Below, piece by piece: positions 25,322 to 34,117 of a stretch of DNA of 64,000 nucleotides. Numbering within the stretch: position 1 is the stretch's first letter; every line of letters begins with the position of its first letter. The DNA lies in NCBI GenBank assembly GCA_023421675.1, contig JAEZTC010000009.1, positions 52,408-116,407 of the forward strand, read 5' to 3'. This stretch comes from Bacillota bacterium (GTDB lineage: Bacteria > Bacillota > Clostridia > Acetivibrionales > JANLFN01). The position numbers and the translations under genes are program-made. The notes beneath the pieces were generated by a model that was given only the letters and a program-made list of their open reading frames with translations, had not been told where the DNA came from and searched no databases.

Positions 25322-26737
25322 TCAGTTTGAACCCACCGGTTCAAAATGGATGTGGACGCTTTCTATATCGCTTATGTTGTCACGTATCTTGTTTGTAATC
25401 TTTTTTGTGATCTGTTCAGTAATTTCTGTTGTATAATCTTCCTCAACCTCACAATGAAGGAAAATTGTCAGCTTGTTCCCCTGCCTGTAAACCTTTATAT
25501 CATGGCAGTTGATTGTTTCTGATACTTCCTTGATATGACCGCAGATTTTCGAAATGGTTTCTCCGCTGCTTTCGGTTATATCCTCTGCCTGTATACTTCG
25601 GCGGTTAACATATTCAAAGTTAACACTGACTTCAACTACATCCCTTACAGCCTCTTCTATCAATCCGCCGATTGTGTGTGAAAGCTCATGAGATTGATTA
25701 AGGTTCATACATTCCTTTACTTCAATATGAATAGCAATATATTTTTTTCCTGAAATCTCATAAATATGGATATTGTGTATATTAGTACATACCGGAAACT
25801 TATCGACGATTTTCTTTACTACATGATAAACTTCATTATCCTCTGTTCCCGCTACATCAATCGGATAAGTGCTTATTACTATGTCGCTGTTTGCAATTTT
25901 ATGCTGCAGTCTTTCTCTTATCTCATCAACTATGGAATGAACAACCCTGTGACTTTCATTTCTTGATATTCCTACGTTTAAATCTATAAAATAGCTAGGT
26001 CCGGAAGGTCTTATACGTACTTTTCCTACTTCCATAACACCTTTTACCTCATTAACCTCATGAAGAACATCATTGACCATTCCCTTTGGTGCAGTATCCA
26101 AAAGTGCGTCAATTGTCCGCTTACCAAGCTTTGCACTTACAACTATTACGAGAACCGAAACACCCAGAGCCGCTATAGGGTCACCATACTTGAGTACTGA
26201 TATCTTAAAGAGGTCACCCACACCAACTAATAAAAGTCCGGCTATTACAACATATGAACTCCATACATCTGTATCAAAATGCAGAGCATCTGCTTCCAGT
26301 GCCTGACTTCCATACTTCTTGGCAGTCTTTCTCAGTAACCTTGCCCTGGAAATATTAATCACAACCGAGAGTACCATAATTCCCATACCCCAAAGTGATT
26401 CTGTAAAGCTGACTATAACAAGTCCCCCGAAGAACAACCTATGAACAGCTTCATATATAATCCATGCACATGTAACAAAAAGCAGGAAGGTTTCAATAAG
26501 GGCTGAAAAACTTTCAATCTTCCCATGTCCATAATTGTGTTCATTATCTGCAGGCTTATCAGAAATCCTTACTGCAAAAAATGTAACTACTGCAGCACAC
26601 AAATCGAGAAGCGAATGTGCTGCTTCAGACAAAATACCCAAGCTTCCTGTGAAAACACCGACTACTACTTTAATAACCGTAAGGAATACGGCTGCAATAA
26701 CCGAGCTGAATGCAACCTTTTGCTTTTCCCCTGTCAT
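25322..26737 (-). CDS. cation diffusion facilitator (CDF) metal efflux transporter with three tandem cytoplasmic CTD-like domains
   Basis: Six-TM core with HSLLD (TM2) and HFDTD (TM5) metal-site motifs, followed by three successive alpha-beta-beta-alpha-beta-like repeats (about aa 220-295, 305-378 and 395-470). The ATG at 26737 lies 7 nt after GGAGGG. Confidence 0.85.
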   Translation of the reverse strand: MTGEKQKVAFSSVIAAVFLTVIKVVVGVFTGSLGILSEAAHSLLDLCAAVVTFFAVRISDKPADNEHNYGHGKIESFSALIETFLLFVTCAWIIYEAVHRLFFGGLVIVSFTESLWGMGIMVLSVVINISRARLLRKTAKKYGSQALEADALHFDTDVWSSYVVIAGLLLVGVGDLFKISVLKYGDPIAALGVSVLVIVVSAKLGKRTIDALLDTAPKGMVNDVLHEVNEVKGVMEVGKVRIRPSGPSYFIDLNVGISRNESHRVVHSIVDEIRERLQHKIANSDIVISTYPIDVAGTEDNEVYHVVKKIVDKFPVCTNIHNIHIYEISGKKYIAIHIEVKECMNLNQSHELSHTIGGLIEEAVRDVVEVSVNFEYVNRRSIQAEDITESSGETISKICGHIKEVSETINCHDIKVYRQGNKLTIFLHCEVEEDYTTEITEQITKKITNKIRDNISDIESVHIHFEPVGSN

Positions 26738-26801
26738 CAACTAACCCTCCAATAATAACCGCCGGATTAACTTCCGGCTTTGTTAAAGTAAATCAAGTGT
26801 C

Positions 26802-26973
26802 AAAAAAACCCGCATGACAAAATATTTTGTCTGCGGGCCAACTTCTTATCTGCCCTTTGGACCCAGCCCCACATATCATTTTGTGTAATGATACATCGCC
26901 TGCTCAACCGTCCAATTTCTTTAGCCAGTATTATCTTTTCAAGAGTATATAATATACAAATGTTGTTAGTCAA
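26802..26973 (-). promoter_or_regulatory. promoter, structured leader and intrinsic terminator upstream of the CDF gene (riboswitch/attenuator candidate)
   Basis: On the minus strand, TTGACT (26973..26968) with TATATA/TATACT 16-18 nt downstream. A 10-bp hairpin 26896..26887/26880..26871 has two G-U pairs that work only on this strand. A UUGGAC/GUCCAA helix (26915..26910 / 26862..26857) encloses G-rich internal loops. The terminator CCCGCAGACAAAAU/AUUUUGUCAUGCGGG + U7 (26837..26802) ends about 60 nt before the CDF start. Confidence 0.5.
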
Positions 26974-26983
26974 GGATAACCTT

Positions 26984-27466
26984 TTAATTATTATGATCAT
27001 GGCAAGCCATATCTATCACTATGGCAAGTGCAAGGTTGACGACCTGATCTTCAGCATCATCTATATCCACTCCGTATGTATCCGAAAATGAGAAAAACTG
27101 TTTGGAAATCCTTGCAGCAATCATACCATTTTTGATAAGTGCAAACTCATGCCCCCAAAAATCTCCATCGATTTCATACTGATCCATATTATATGTAGTA
27201 ATTACAAAATTGTTCTTGAAAAGCATAAACTTCTTTTTTACGTTAATTACAGGCTGTCCGCCTATATAAATATTGTACTCAGGCATGAACCTGAATAACT
27301 TTTGTTCTATATAACAAAGCTCGTTTCCCAAAACATCAAATATCTTAAGCTTATGTCCTATTGAAAGCACCTGGCTTCTTACAATAAAAATATCATTTCC
27401 TGCAATATCCTTTATAGCAAAGCTGTCACCGAGTGAAAAAATCTTTTGCCGTACAATATACTGCAT
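26984..27466 (-). CDS. LURP-one-related / DUF567 (tubby C-terminal-like fold) protein
   Basis: MQYIVRQKIFSLGDSFAIKDIAGNDIFIVRSQVLSIGHKLKIFD...FALIKNGMIAARISKQFFSFSDTYGVDI fits the LURP-one-related pattern. The start is at the internal ATG preceded by GGGGGA; the track ORF begins at an upstream TTG. Confidence 0.75.
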   Translation of the reverse strand: MQYIVRQKIFSLGDSFAIKDIAGNDIFIVRSQVLSIGHKLKIFDVLGNELCYIEQKLFRFMPEYNIYIGGQPVINVKKKFMLFKNNFVITTYNMDQYEIDGDFWGHEFALIKNGMIAARISKQFFSFSDTYGVDIDDAEDQVVNLALAIVIDMACHDHNN

Positions 27467-27618
27467 AATAGTTCCCCCTAATATCAAATAAAGGTATATA
27501 GCTATTATATCATACAAGCCGGATTCAAATGCTACTTAGTTTAAAATTCATTAATACCTTTTAAAAAATTGATAATTGTGGTATAACACATGTGAAGACA
27601 TTAACAGGAGGTAAAGTC

Positions 27619-28116
27619 ATGCCATGGTGTCCTAAATGCAAGACAGAATACGAAAAAGGCTATACTGTATGTAACGACTGCGGTTCAGAGCTTGTCGAAA
27701 AATTACCTCAGGAAGCGCCTATTGAATATGACGAGCAGGTACTTCTGACAACAGTAAATAATGATATGCAGGCAAGCTTGATAGAAAGTCTTCTGACAGC
27801 TTATAAGATACCGGTATATAAACGGTATAAGGAAGCAGGCGCTTATATGGAAGTTTACATGGGTATGTCAAGATTCGGCGTTGATATATTCGTACCTTCA
27901 AAGCTAAAGCAGCAGGCACTTGAAATTATGAACAGTCAGATAGAAGGTCTTTCTGAGGACACAGATTTTCAGGACGATGAAGCTAATATGGAACAGCTTG
28001 AAGAAGAGTATCAAAAGAAAAGGCAATCACGTACCTGGCTACTACTTCTTATTATTCTTATACCTTTAGGCATTGGAGCAATCGGAGGTTTTATTTATAT
28101 GCTATTAGACATATAA
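27619..28116 (+). CDS. zinc-ribbon protein with a DUF2007-like domain and a C-terminal TM anchor
   Basis: MPWCPKCKTEYEKGYTVCNDCGSEL zinc ribbon and a C-terminal hydrophobic helix (WLLLLIILIPLGIGAIGGFIYMLL). The ATG lies 8 nt after AGGAGG. Confidence 0.6.
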   Translation: MPWCPKCKTEYEKGYTVCNDCGSELVEKLPQEAPIEYDEQVLLTTVNNDMQASLIESLLTAYKIPVYKRYKEAGAYMEVYMGMSRFGVDIFVPSKLKQQALEIMNSQIEGLSEDTDFQDDEANMEQLEEEYQKKRQSRTWLLLLIILIPLGIGAIGGFIYMLLDI

Positions 28117-28130
28117 TTAAGCATAAATAT

Positions 28131-28156
28131 AAAGACGGGCTGAAGCCCGTCTTTTA
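28131..28156. terminator. bidirectional rho-independent terminator
   Basis: AGACGGGC-tgaa-GCCCGTCT is flanked by A/T runs and sits between convergent genes. Confidence 0.8.
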
Positions 28157-28163
28157 AAATTAT

Positions 28164-29105
28164 CTACCTTTTCATTTTTATTGCTTCCTTAACCTTTTCA
28201 ACAATATTGGAAGCTGTAAGTCCATACATTTCAATAAGCTTATCCGGCTTTCCGGATTTTCCGAACTTGTCCTGAACACCTACAAGCTTCACGGGAACCG
28301 GATAGTTTTCTGAGACAACCTCAGTCACAGCACCACCAAGCCCACCCATTACAGTATGCTCTTCAGCAGTAACAATCGCCCCTGTCTCCCGTGCCGCCTT
28401 AATTATGAGTTCTTTATCTATAGGCTTGATTGTATGGATATCTATTACTCTTACATTGATACCTTCCTTCTTAAGTATGTCTGCGGCTTCTATTGCAGCA
28501 TGTACCATAAATCCTGTAGCAATTATTGCTGCATCATTTCCGTCTCTTACCGTAACTCCCTTACCAAGTTCAAATTTATATGTGTTTTCATCATAAATGA
28601 CAGGTACAGACAAACGTCCAAGCCTTAAGTATACAGGTCCTTCATATTCAATTGCAGCCTTAACCGCGAGCCTTGCTTCAACCGCATCAGCGGGGCTTAT
28701 AACAACCATGTTTGGTATGGATCTCATAATCGCTATATCCTCAATAACCTGATGAGATGCTCCATCTTCTCCGACCGTAATTCCTGCATGTGTTGCACCG
28801 ATTTTTACGTTGAGATTGGGATAGCATATCGAATTTCTTACCTGCTCGCAAGCCCTTTCAGATGCAAATATTGCAAAGGTGCTGGCAAAAACAACTTTTC
28901 CGCAGGAAGCAATTCCTGCCGCAACTGCCATCATGTTTCCTTCAGCTATTCCCATGTTCAGGAACCTTTCAGGATATTTCTTCTTAAATACCTCTGTCTT
29001 GGTTGATTTGGATAAATCGGCGTCCAGTACCACAACTCTTGGATCGCTTCCGAATTCCGCCAGTGCATTTCCATATGCTTCTCTTGTTGCAATTTTATCA
29101 CCCAT
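28164..29105 (-). CDS. transketolase, C-terminal (pyrimidine-binding) subunit
   Basis: MGDKIATREAYGNALAEFG...GIAEGNMMAVAAGIA... The start is taken at the Met29 ATG (29105), 1 nt after the stop of the N-terminal subunit gene and preceded by GGAGGTGG. The longer track ORF overlap is spurious. Confidence 0.9.
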   Translation of the reverse strand: MGDKIATREAYGNALAEFGSDPRVVVLDADLSKSTKTEVFKKKYPERFLNMGIAEGNMMAVAAGIASCGKVVFASTFAIFASERACEQVRNSICYPNLNVKIGATHAGITVGEDGASHQVIEDIAIMRSIPNMVVISPADAVEARLAVKAAIEYEGPVYLRLGRLSVPVIYDENTYKFELGKGVTVRDGNDAAIIATGFMVHAAIEAADILKKEGINVRVIDIHTIKPIDKELIIKAARETGAIVTAEEHTVMGGLGGAVTEVVSENYPVPVKLVGVQDKFGKSGKPDKLIEMYGLTASNIVEKVKEAIKMKR

Positions 29106-29106
29106 G

Positions 29107-29961
29107 TTATTCCACCTCCAGTTTTGCAAGGACTGCATCCAGTTCAGAAAAGGCCTGGTCGCGCTGTTCCTTATTTGGTGCATTACCATGCCAGCCAGCT
29201 ATATTTTCCATAAAGGATACTCCCTTGCCCTTAACTGTCTCAGCAATAATGGCAACAGGCTTTCCCTTTGATTTTTTTGCTTCATTCAGCGCTTCACTTA
29301 TCTGGGTATAATCATGCCCGTTTATTCCTATTACCTTCCAGCCAAACGCCTCAAATTTATTGGAGACCGGTTCGGGTGACATTACTTCCTGTATTTTACC
29401 ATCTATCTGCAGGCCGTTATGATCAATAAATATTGTAAGATTATCCAACTTGTAATGGGCGGCACACATGGATGCTTCCCACACCTGACCCTCTTCAAGT
29501 TCACCGTCTCCAAGCAAGGCATAAACTCTATAATCTTTTTTATCAAGCTTTCCTGCAAGTGCCATACCTACTGCTGTTGAAATCCCCTGTCCAAGAGAAC
29601 CCGTAGACATGTCCACACCAGGAACAGATTTCATACTTGGATGTCCTTCAAGATACCCTTCAGCACTTCTGAATTTAATCAAATCCTCATATGGGAAAAA
29701 ACCTTTTTCGGCAAGAACACCGTATAAAGCAGGTGCACAATGTCCTTTTGAAAGAACAAACCTGTCTCTGTCCTCCCATTTCGGGTTGGAAGGATCAATG
29801 TTCATTTCTTCAAAATATAAAACCGTAAGTATGTCGGTACAAGATAGGGAGCCTCCGGGATGTCCGGACGATGCACTGTAAATTTCGTCAATAATATGTT
29901 TTCTGACTAATGTTGCGGTTTTTTTAAGCTGCGTTGTGTTCATCTTCTGCTTTTCCATCAT
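29107..29961 (-). CDS. transketolase, N-terminal (TPP-binding) subunit
   Basis: [19 protein letters not shown]...[13 protein letters not shown] are typical split-transketolase motifs. Confidence 0.9.
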   Translation of the reverse strand: MMEKQKMNTTQLKKTATLVRKHIIDEIYSASSGHPGGSLSCTDILTVLYFEEMNIDPSNPKWEDRDRFVLSKGHCAPALYGVLAEKGFFPYEDLIKFRSAEGYLEGHPSMKSVPGVDMSTGSLGQGISTAVGMALAGKLDKKDYRVYALLGDGELEEGQVWEASMCAAHYKLDNLTIFIDHNGLQIDGKIQEVMSPEPVSNKFEAFGWKVIGINGHDYTQISEALNEAKKSKGKPVAIIAETVKGKGVSFMENIAGWHGNAPNKEQRDQAFSELDAVLAKLEVE

Positions 29962-30079
29962 TAACTCCTTAGAACAAAATTATAATAAACCCTAGTATAC
30001 TACAATTATTATCTTCAAGTCCATAATCATGTATACCAAAAAACTTTAGTTACTCCACATAAAAATTATTTTTTATGCA

Positions 30080-30105
30080 TGAACTTTTGAACTCCATTAT
30101 CCGTA
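30080..30105 (+). promoter_or_regulatory. candidate ECF-type autoregulated promoter (TGAAC-N17-CGTA)
   Basis: TGAAC at 30080..30084, a 17-nt spacer, then CGTA at 30102..30105. It lies about 65 nt upstream of the ECF sigma gene. ECF promoters typically have an AAC -35 and a CGT -10. Confidence 0.4.
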
Positions 30106-30171
30106 TTACAAATGAAACATTGCTGATATAATTGATTCAATAAATATAACAAAATCCGGAAGGATTAAACA

Positions 30172-30702
30172 ATGGATGATAATTTGATTCAGCGGGCAAT
30201 AAACGGGGACCAAAATGCATTAGCAGAGCTTCTTTATAATAATTACGAGTTTGTTTTTAAGTTTATGGTCAAATTAACTTATAACAAAAGCTTATCGGAA
30301 GATTTGACGCAGGAAACAATGATACGGGCTATAGAAAAAATAAAATTATATGTTCCTGGAAAATCAAAGTTTTCCTCATGGCTGATAACGCTTGCAAAAA
30401 ATATTTATATAGATCACCTTAGAAAGCATAAGTATGAAGAAAACTTTTTCAATCTGGATGAACTGCTTCCCCAATTTGAAGTACACACCGGTGAAAATTC
30501 AGATTCAATAAGAAATATGCTTGAGGTTTTAAAAAAGCTGGCTGATGATATACGCATTCCAATAATCTTAAAGCACTTTTATGGTTATTCATATGATGAG
30601 ATTGCCTCTATTATGGGCAAACCGCAAGGAACAATAAAATCAAGGATTCACAATGGAATCGGGTCACTAAGAAAGGAGCTGGAAGCAAGTGAAATGGGAT
30701 AA
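30172..30702 (+). CDS. ECF-family RNA polymerase sigma factor (SigY-like by operon context)
   Basis: Region 2 (DLTQETMIRAIEKI...FSSWLITLAKNIYIDHLRK) and region 4 (YGYSYDEIASIMGKPQGTIKSRIHNG). It is followed by the five-gene set typical of B. subtilis sigY-yxlCDEFG. Confidence 0.85.
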   Translation: MDDNLIQRAINGDQNALAELLYNNYEFVFKFMVKLTYNKSLSEDLTQETMIRAIEKIKLYVPGKSKFSSWLITLAKNIYIDHLRKHKYEENFFNLDELLPQFEVHTGENSDSIRNMLEVLKKLADDIRIPIILKHFYGYSYDEIASIMGKPQGTIKSRIHNGIGSLRKELEASEMG

Positions 30703-31012
30703 AGATGAACAAATAGAACAAAAAATAAAGGATAGTCTTGAATACGTTGATAACAATATAGACGTTAAGCCTACTTATCTGGCTACCTACAAAGCGTTGG
30801 TACAGGAAACCGTTAAAAAACAGAAGCAGAAAAACTTGCGAGAAACTCTAACTTTTTTGCTTACTCTAACTGTAATACTTTTTGCACAAGTGTTTGCTTT
30901 TACCAGCTCCATTACAGCTTTCATTATAACTCAGGCTCTGGCCGGGTTAATGATTCCTTTATCCCTTATAATATTCAGGCTGATAAAGGTAAGGAGGGAA
31001 GAAATCACATGA
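30689..31012 (+). CDS. putative anti-sigma / membrane protein (YxlC-like position)
   Basis: 107 aa with two C-terminal hydrophobic helices. It overlaps the sigma gene by 14 nt. Confidence 0.6.
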   Translation: MKWDKDEQIEQKIKDSLEYVDNNIDVKPTYLATYKALVQETVKKQKQKNLRETLTFLLTLTVILFAQVFAFTSSITAFIITQALAGLMIPLSLIIFRLIKVRREEIT

Positions 31013-31239
31013 CATCAGATTTGGATAAAATACCTCTTCCACTTCTTATACTAGTATTAGTCCTTTTAATATCACAAAGTGTATTTTTGTTTCAGGATGC
31101 CCGTAGAAGAAACCTGCACCCATGGTTCTGGGGTATATATGGAATTATACAAGCACCTATGCCAACAATATTATACTTTATAATTGAGCGAAAAATATTT
31201 AAAAATATAAGGAAAAAAAGGAGTGAAAATAGTGGATAA
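31009..31239 (+). CDS. small membrane protein (YxlD-like position)
   Basis: 76 aa with two TM helices. It has an ATGA overlap with the upstream gene. Confidence 0.6.
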   Translation: MTSDLDKIPLPLLILVLVLLISQSVFLFQDARRRNLHPWFWGIYGIIQAPMPTILYFIIERKIFKNIRKKRSENSG

Positions 31240-31432
31240 ACTTGTTGAAATGCTACCTTATATTATACCTATTCTTGTAATACATTGGACACTGGCTATA
31301 ATTGCATTGGTAGATCTGGTTAAGAGAAAGAAAGTCAGGTTTAATAATAAATTCCTGTGGGGAGCAATTATCATTATTATTGAAATAATAGGACCTGTAA
31401 TATACTTCCTGGCAAGAGGAGATGAAGATTAA
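31223..31432 (+). CDS. PLD-nuclease-N-terminal (PLDc_N) small membrane protein (YxlE-like position)
   Basis: KFLWGAIIIIIEIIGPVIYFLARG is the PLDc_N pattern. The true start may be the GTG at 31232 (8 nt after AAGGAG). Confidence 0.65.
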   Translation: MKIVDKLVEMLPYIIPILVIHWTLAIIALVDLVKRKKVRFNNKFLWGAIIIIIEIIGPVIYFLARGDED

Positions 31433-32354
31433 TATGCTTGCAATTGAAACAAGCGGCCTCACAAAGCAGTTTGGTTCGGCAAAAGCAGTTGACGGACTTG
31501 ACCTTAGAGTCCCAGAAGGCTCAATATACGGATTTCTTGGTCCTAACGGAGCAGGAAAAACAACAACTATAAAAATGCTTACAGGTCTGTCGGCTCCTAC
31601 ATCAGGCAGCATGAAAATCTGCGGAAGGGATGTAACCTTCGGCAGTATAAAGAACCGTTCGGATATCGGCTATCTTCCTGATGTTCCTTACTTTTACGGA
31701 TGGATGTCAGCCAGGGAATACCTTGGATTTTCAGCTGATATGTTCGGACTTAATAAAGCAGTACTTGGTAATAGAATAAGCGAATTACTTCAGCTTGTGG
31801 GACTTGAAGATAATAAAAAACGTATAAAAGGCTACTCCAGAGGCATGAAACAGAGATTGGGGATAGCTCAGGCTTTGATCAGCGAGCCAAAGGTGCTTTT
31901 TCTGGATGAACCCACATCGGCCCTTGATCCCATTGGTAGGAAGGAAATAATGGAGGTTATCAGGAAACTTACAGGTAAAATTACTGTATTCTTTTCAACC
32001 CACATATTATCCGACGTTGAAAGGGTATGCGACAGGGTTGTTATACTGGATAAGGGAAAGGTCGTTTCTGAAGATTCAATAAACAATCTCCGCGAGCAAT
32101 ATACAGTAAACGGATTCCTGCTAAAGGTTCCTGAAGACAGGACTAATGAGATTTTTACTATATTAAAAAATACCGGATGGGTCAAAAAAATTGAGAAGAC
32201 TGAGGATGGAGATTTAAAGGCATATGTGAAGACTATAGAAAAAGCAGAGGCCGAGATACCTGTTATTCTTGCCTCCAAAGGAATTCCCCTCAATAAGTTT
32301 ACAATATTGGAACCATCCCTTGAAGATATTTTTATGAAGGTGGTGAATGAATAG
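31422..32354 (+). CDS. ABC transporter ATP-binding protein (YxlF-like)
   Basis: Walker A GPNGAGKTT, signature YSRGMKQRL, Walker [12 protein letters not shown]. The start could instead be the ATG at 31434. Confidence 0.9.
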   Translation: MKINMLAIETSGLTKQFGSAKAVDGLDLRVPEGSIYGFLGPNGAGKTTTIKMLTGLSAPTSGSMKICGRDVTFGSIKNRSDIGYLPDVPYFYGWMSAREYLGFSADMFGLNKAVLGNRISELLQLVGLEDNKKRIKGYSRGMKQRLGIAQALISEPKVLFLDEPTSALDPIGRKEIMEVIRKLTGKITVFFSTHILSDVERVCDRVVILDKGKVVSEDSINNLREQYTVNGFLLKVPEDRTNEIFTILKNTGWVKKIEKTEDGDLKAYVKTIEKAEAEIPVILASKGIPLNKFTILEPSLEDIFMKVVNE

Positions 32355-33115
32355 TGCCTGCAGTTAAATTTCTCAAAAAGGAACTTTCTGAAATTATTAG
32401 AACACACAAAATATTTGTGCTTCCTGCTATATTTCTATTTTTCGGATTTCTCAGCCCTCTGCTTGCAAAATATACTCCCGAATTACTTAAGTCGGTAGGC
32501 GGTGTTACTATTGACCCCAAAATGTTTAATACAACCTATACAGCAGCCTACGAACAGCTGTTCAGAAACATAAACCAAATTGGCTTTATAATAATGATCC
32601 TTGTTTTTATGGGAATTGTTGTGGACGAAAAGGTTAAAGGCTCTGTTACAATGGTGCTTACAAAAAGCCTTTCAAGGAACTGGTTTATTATTGATAAATT
32701 TATAGCATCTGCAGCTCTTTATACGCTTTCATTCATACTGTCTGCAGGAGCATGCACCTATTATTCATTCCTTCTGTTTCCTGAATTCAGCACAGCTAAT
32801 TTGCTGACAGGAATGCTGCTGTTGTGGGTATATGGTATTTTTATAATCTCATTTACAATACTCTCAAGCGCAATAAGCAAATCACATGTTATTTCTGCAG
32901 TACTAAGCCTTGCTTTTTTCCTTGGAACATCTGCATTAGGAGCAATACCAAAGGTGGGAGATTACCTTCCGGGTGCACTTTCAAGCCTTGGACTTGGGCT
33001 GATAACAGGCACAAGCAAATATGGAGATGTACTTACTCCATTAGTGATATGTATAGCTCTGATATTGGTTTTCATATCACTTGCAGCTGTATCGTTCAGG
33101 AAGCAGGAACTGTAA
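32354..33115 (+). CDS. ABC-2 type transporter permease (YxlG-like)
   Basis: 253 aa with six hydrophobic segments. Its start overlaps the ATPase gene stop. Confidence 0.8.
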   Translation: MPAVKFLKKELSEIIRTHKIFVLPAIFLFFGFLSPLLAKYTPELLKSVGGVTIDPKMFNTTYTAAYEQLFRNINQIGFIIMILVFMGIVVDEKVKGSVTMVLTKSLSRNWFIIDKFIASAALYTLSFILSAGACTYYSFLLFPEFSTANLLTGMLLLWVYGIFIISFTILSSAISKSHVISAVLSLAFFLGTSALGAIPKVGDYLPGALSSLGLGLITGTSKYGDVLTPLVICIALILVFISLAAVSFRKQEL

Positions 33116-33129
33116 TAAAAGGGAGGGTT

Positions 33130-34035
33130 TTAATCATACGTTTTGAAGCCTTCCCCCAGAACCTCCCTTATATCAGTCAATATTATGAAAGCTTTTTCAT
33201 CTATTTTCTGCGCAATCTCCTTAAGTGCCGGCAGCTGTCCTCTTTGAATGACACAAAGCAGGACTTCCTTCTCGTTACCGGTGTAAAGTCCCTTACCATG
33301 CAGTGCAGTAACACCCCTGTCCAGGTCGGTAAGTATCCTTTGCGCAATCTCTTCAGATTTTTCAGATATAATAAGCACAACCTTTGCGAAATTTACACCT
33401 TCCAACATGGCGTCTACCACTTTTGAAGAAACATATAGGGTAACTATTGCATATAATCCTAAAAGAACACTGCTAAAAGCCGCTGACGCAAAAACTACAA
33501 CACCCCCGTCAATTATCAGCATAAGCTGACCCATTGTAAGGTTCGGAATGAAGTGGTTCACAATCCTTGCTGCAAGATCGGTTCCTCCCGTTGTGGCTCC
33601 CGATCTGAAAACCATACCAAGGCCTGCCCCCATTATAAAGCCTCCAAATAATGAGTATAAAAGCAGATCCGGGATATTTGCATTATTCTGAAATTGCGTA
33701 AGATATGACTCAAGAAAACGGGTTGTAAATGGCTCTGAGACATCAATAACTACCGATAACATAATAGTTGCATAGAGTGTTTTTATAATAAACCGTTTAC
33801 CGATATACTTAATGCCCAAAAGAAACAACGGTATGTTTAAAATGAGCATGGTTATTCCAACCGGGAATTTACCACCGCTCATATAATAAATTACAGTAGC
33901 TGCACCGCTGACTCCTCCCGGTGCAATTTTAAAAGGCACCAGAAATATATTTATGGATAATGCGGTAAGTATTACACCTAACGTTATCCACACATAATGC
34001 TTCCATTCTTTAAAGACTTTTCTAAAAAAGCTCAC
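33130..34035 (-). CDS. YitT-family membrane protein (DUF2179 C-terminal domain)
   Basis: KIAPGGVSGAATVIYY...GGTDLAARI... plus a C-terminal soluble domain (VTALHGKGLYTGNEKEVLLCVI). Confidence 0.85.
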   Translation of the reverse strand: MSFFRKVFKEWKHYVWITLGVILTALSINIFLVPFKIAPGGVSGAATVIYYMSGGKFPVGITMLILNIPLFLLGIKYIGKRFIIKTLYATIMLSVVIDVSEPFTTRFLESYLTQFQNNANIPDLLLYSLFGGFIMGAGLGMVFRSGATTGGTDLAARIVNHFIPNLTMGQLMLIIDGGVVVFASAAFSSVLLGLYAIVTLYVSSKVVDAMLEGVNFAKVVLIISEKSEEIAQRILTDLDRGVTALHGKGLYTGNEKEVLLCVIQRGQLPALKEIAQKIDEKAFIILTDIREVLGEGFKTYD

Positions 34036-34117
34036 TTTTAATCATCCTTATTGATTACACATGTGCTTAAAATTACTATTCCCAACTTTTAAAATAAAAA
34101 TCCAATTAATAAGCACA

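Noticed and set aside
26800-27091. Track ORFs 26800..27000(-) and 26888..27091(+) in the CDF leader and the 3' end of the LURP-like gene.
   Set aside because: The minus ORF runs through the predicted promoter, hairpins and terminator of the leader and has no SD. The plus ORF is antisense to the LURP-like gene. I interpret the region as non-coding regulatory RNA.
28164-29189. An apparent 83-nt overlap between the two transketolase ORFs, which could suggest a frameshifted pseudogene of a single-chain transketolase.
   Set aside because: Split N- and C-terminal transketolase subunits are a normal arrangement in Clostridia. The internal ATG at 29105 with a GGAGGTGG SD lies 1 nt after the upstream stop and removes the overlap.
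31253-32520. Minus-strand ORFs 31253..31612, 31868..32407 and 32332..32520, antisense to the ECF-operon ABC transporter genes.
   Set aside because: They are shadow frames opposite genes with clear Walker and signature motifs.
32824-33426. 200-aa plus-strand ORF spanning the end of the ABC-2 permease gene and the 3' part of the YitT-family gene.
   Set aside because: It is out of frame with the permease and antisense to the YitT gene, crosses an intergenic boundary, and has odd Cys/Tyr/Phe-rich composition.
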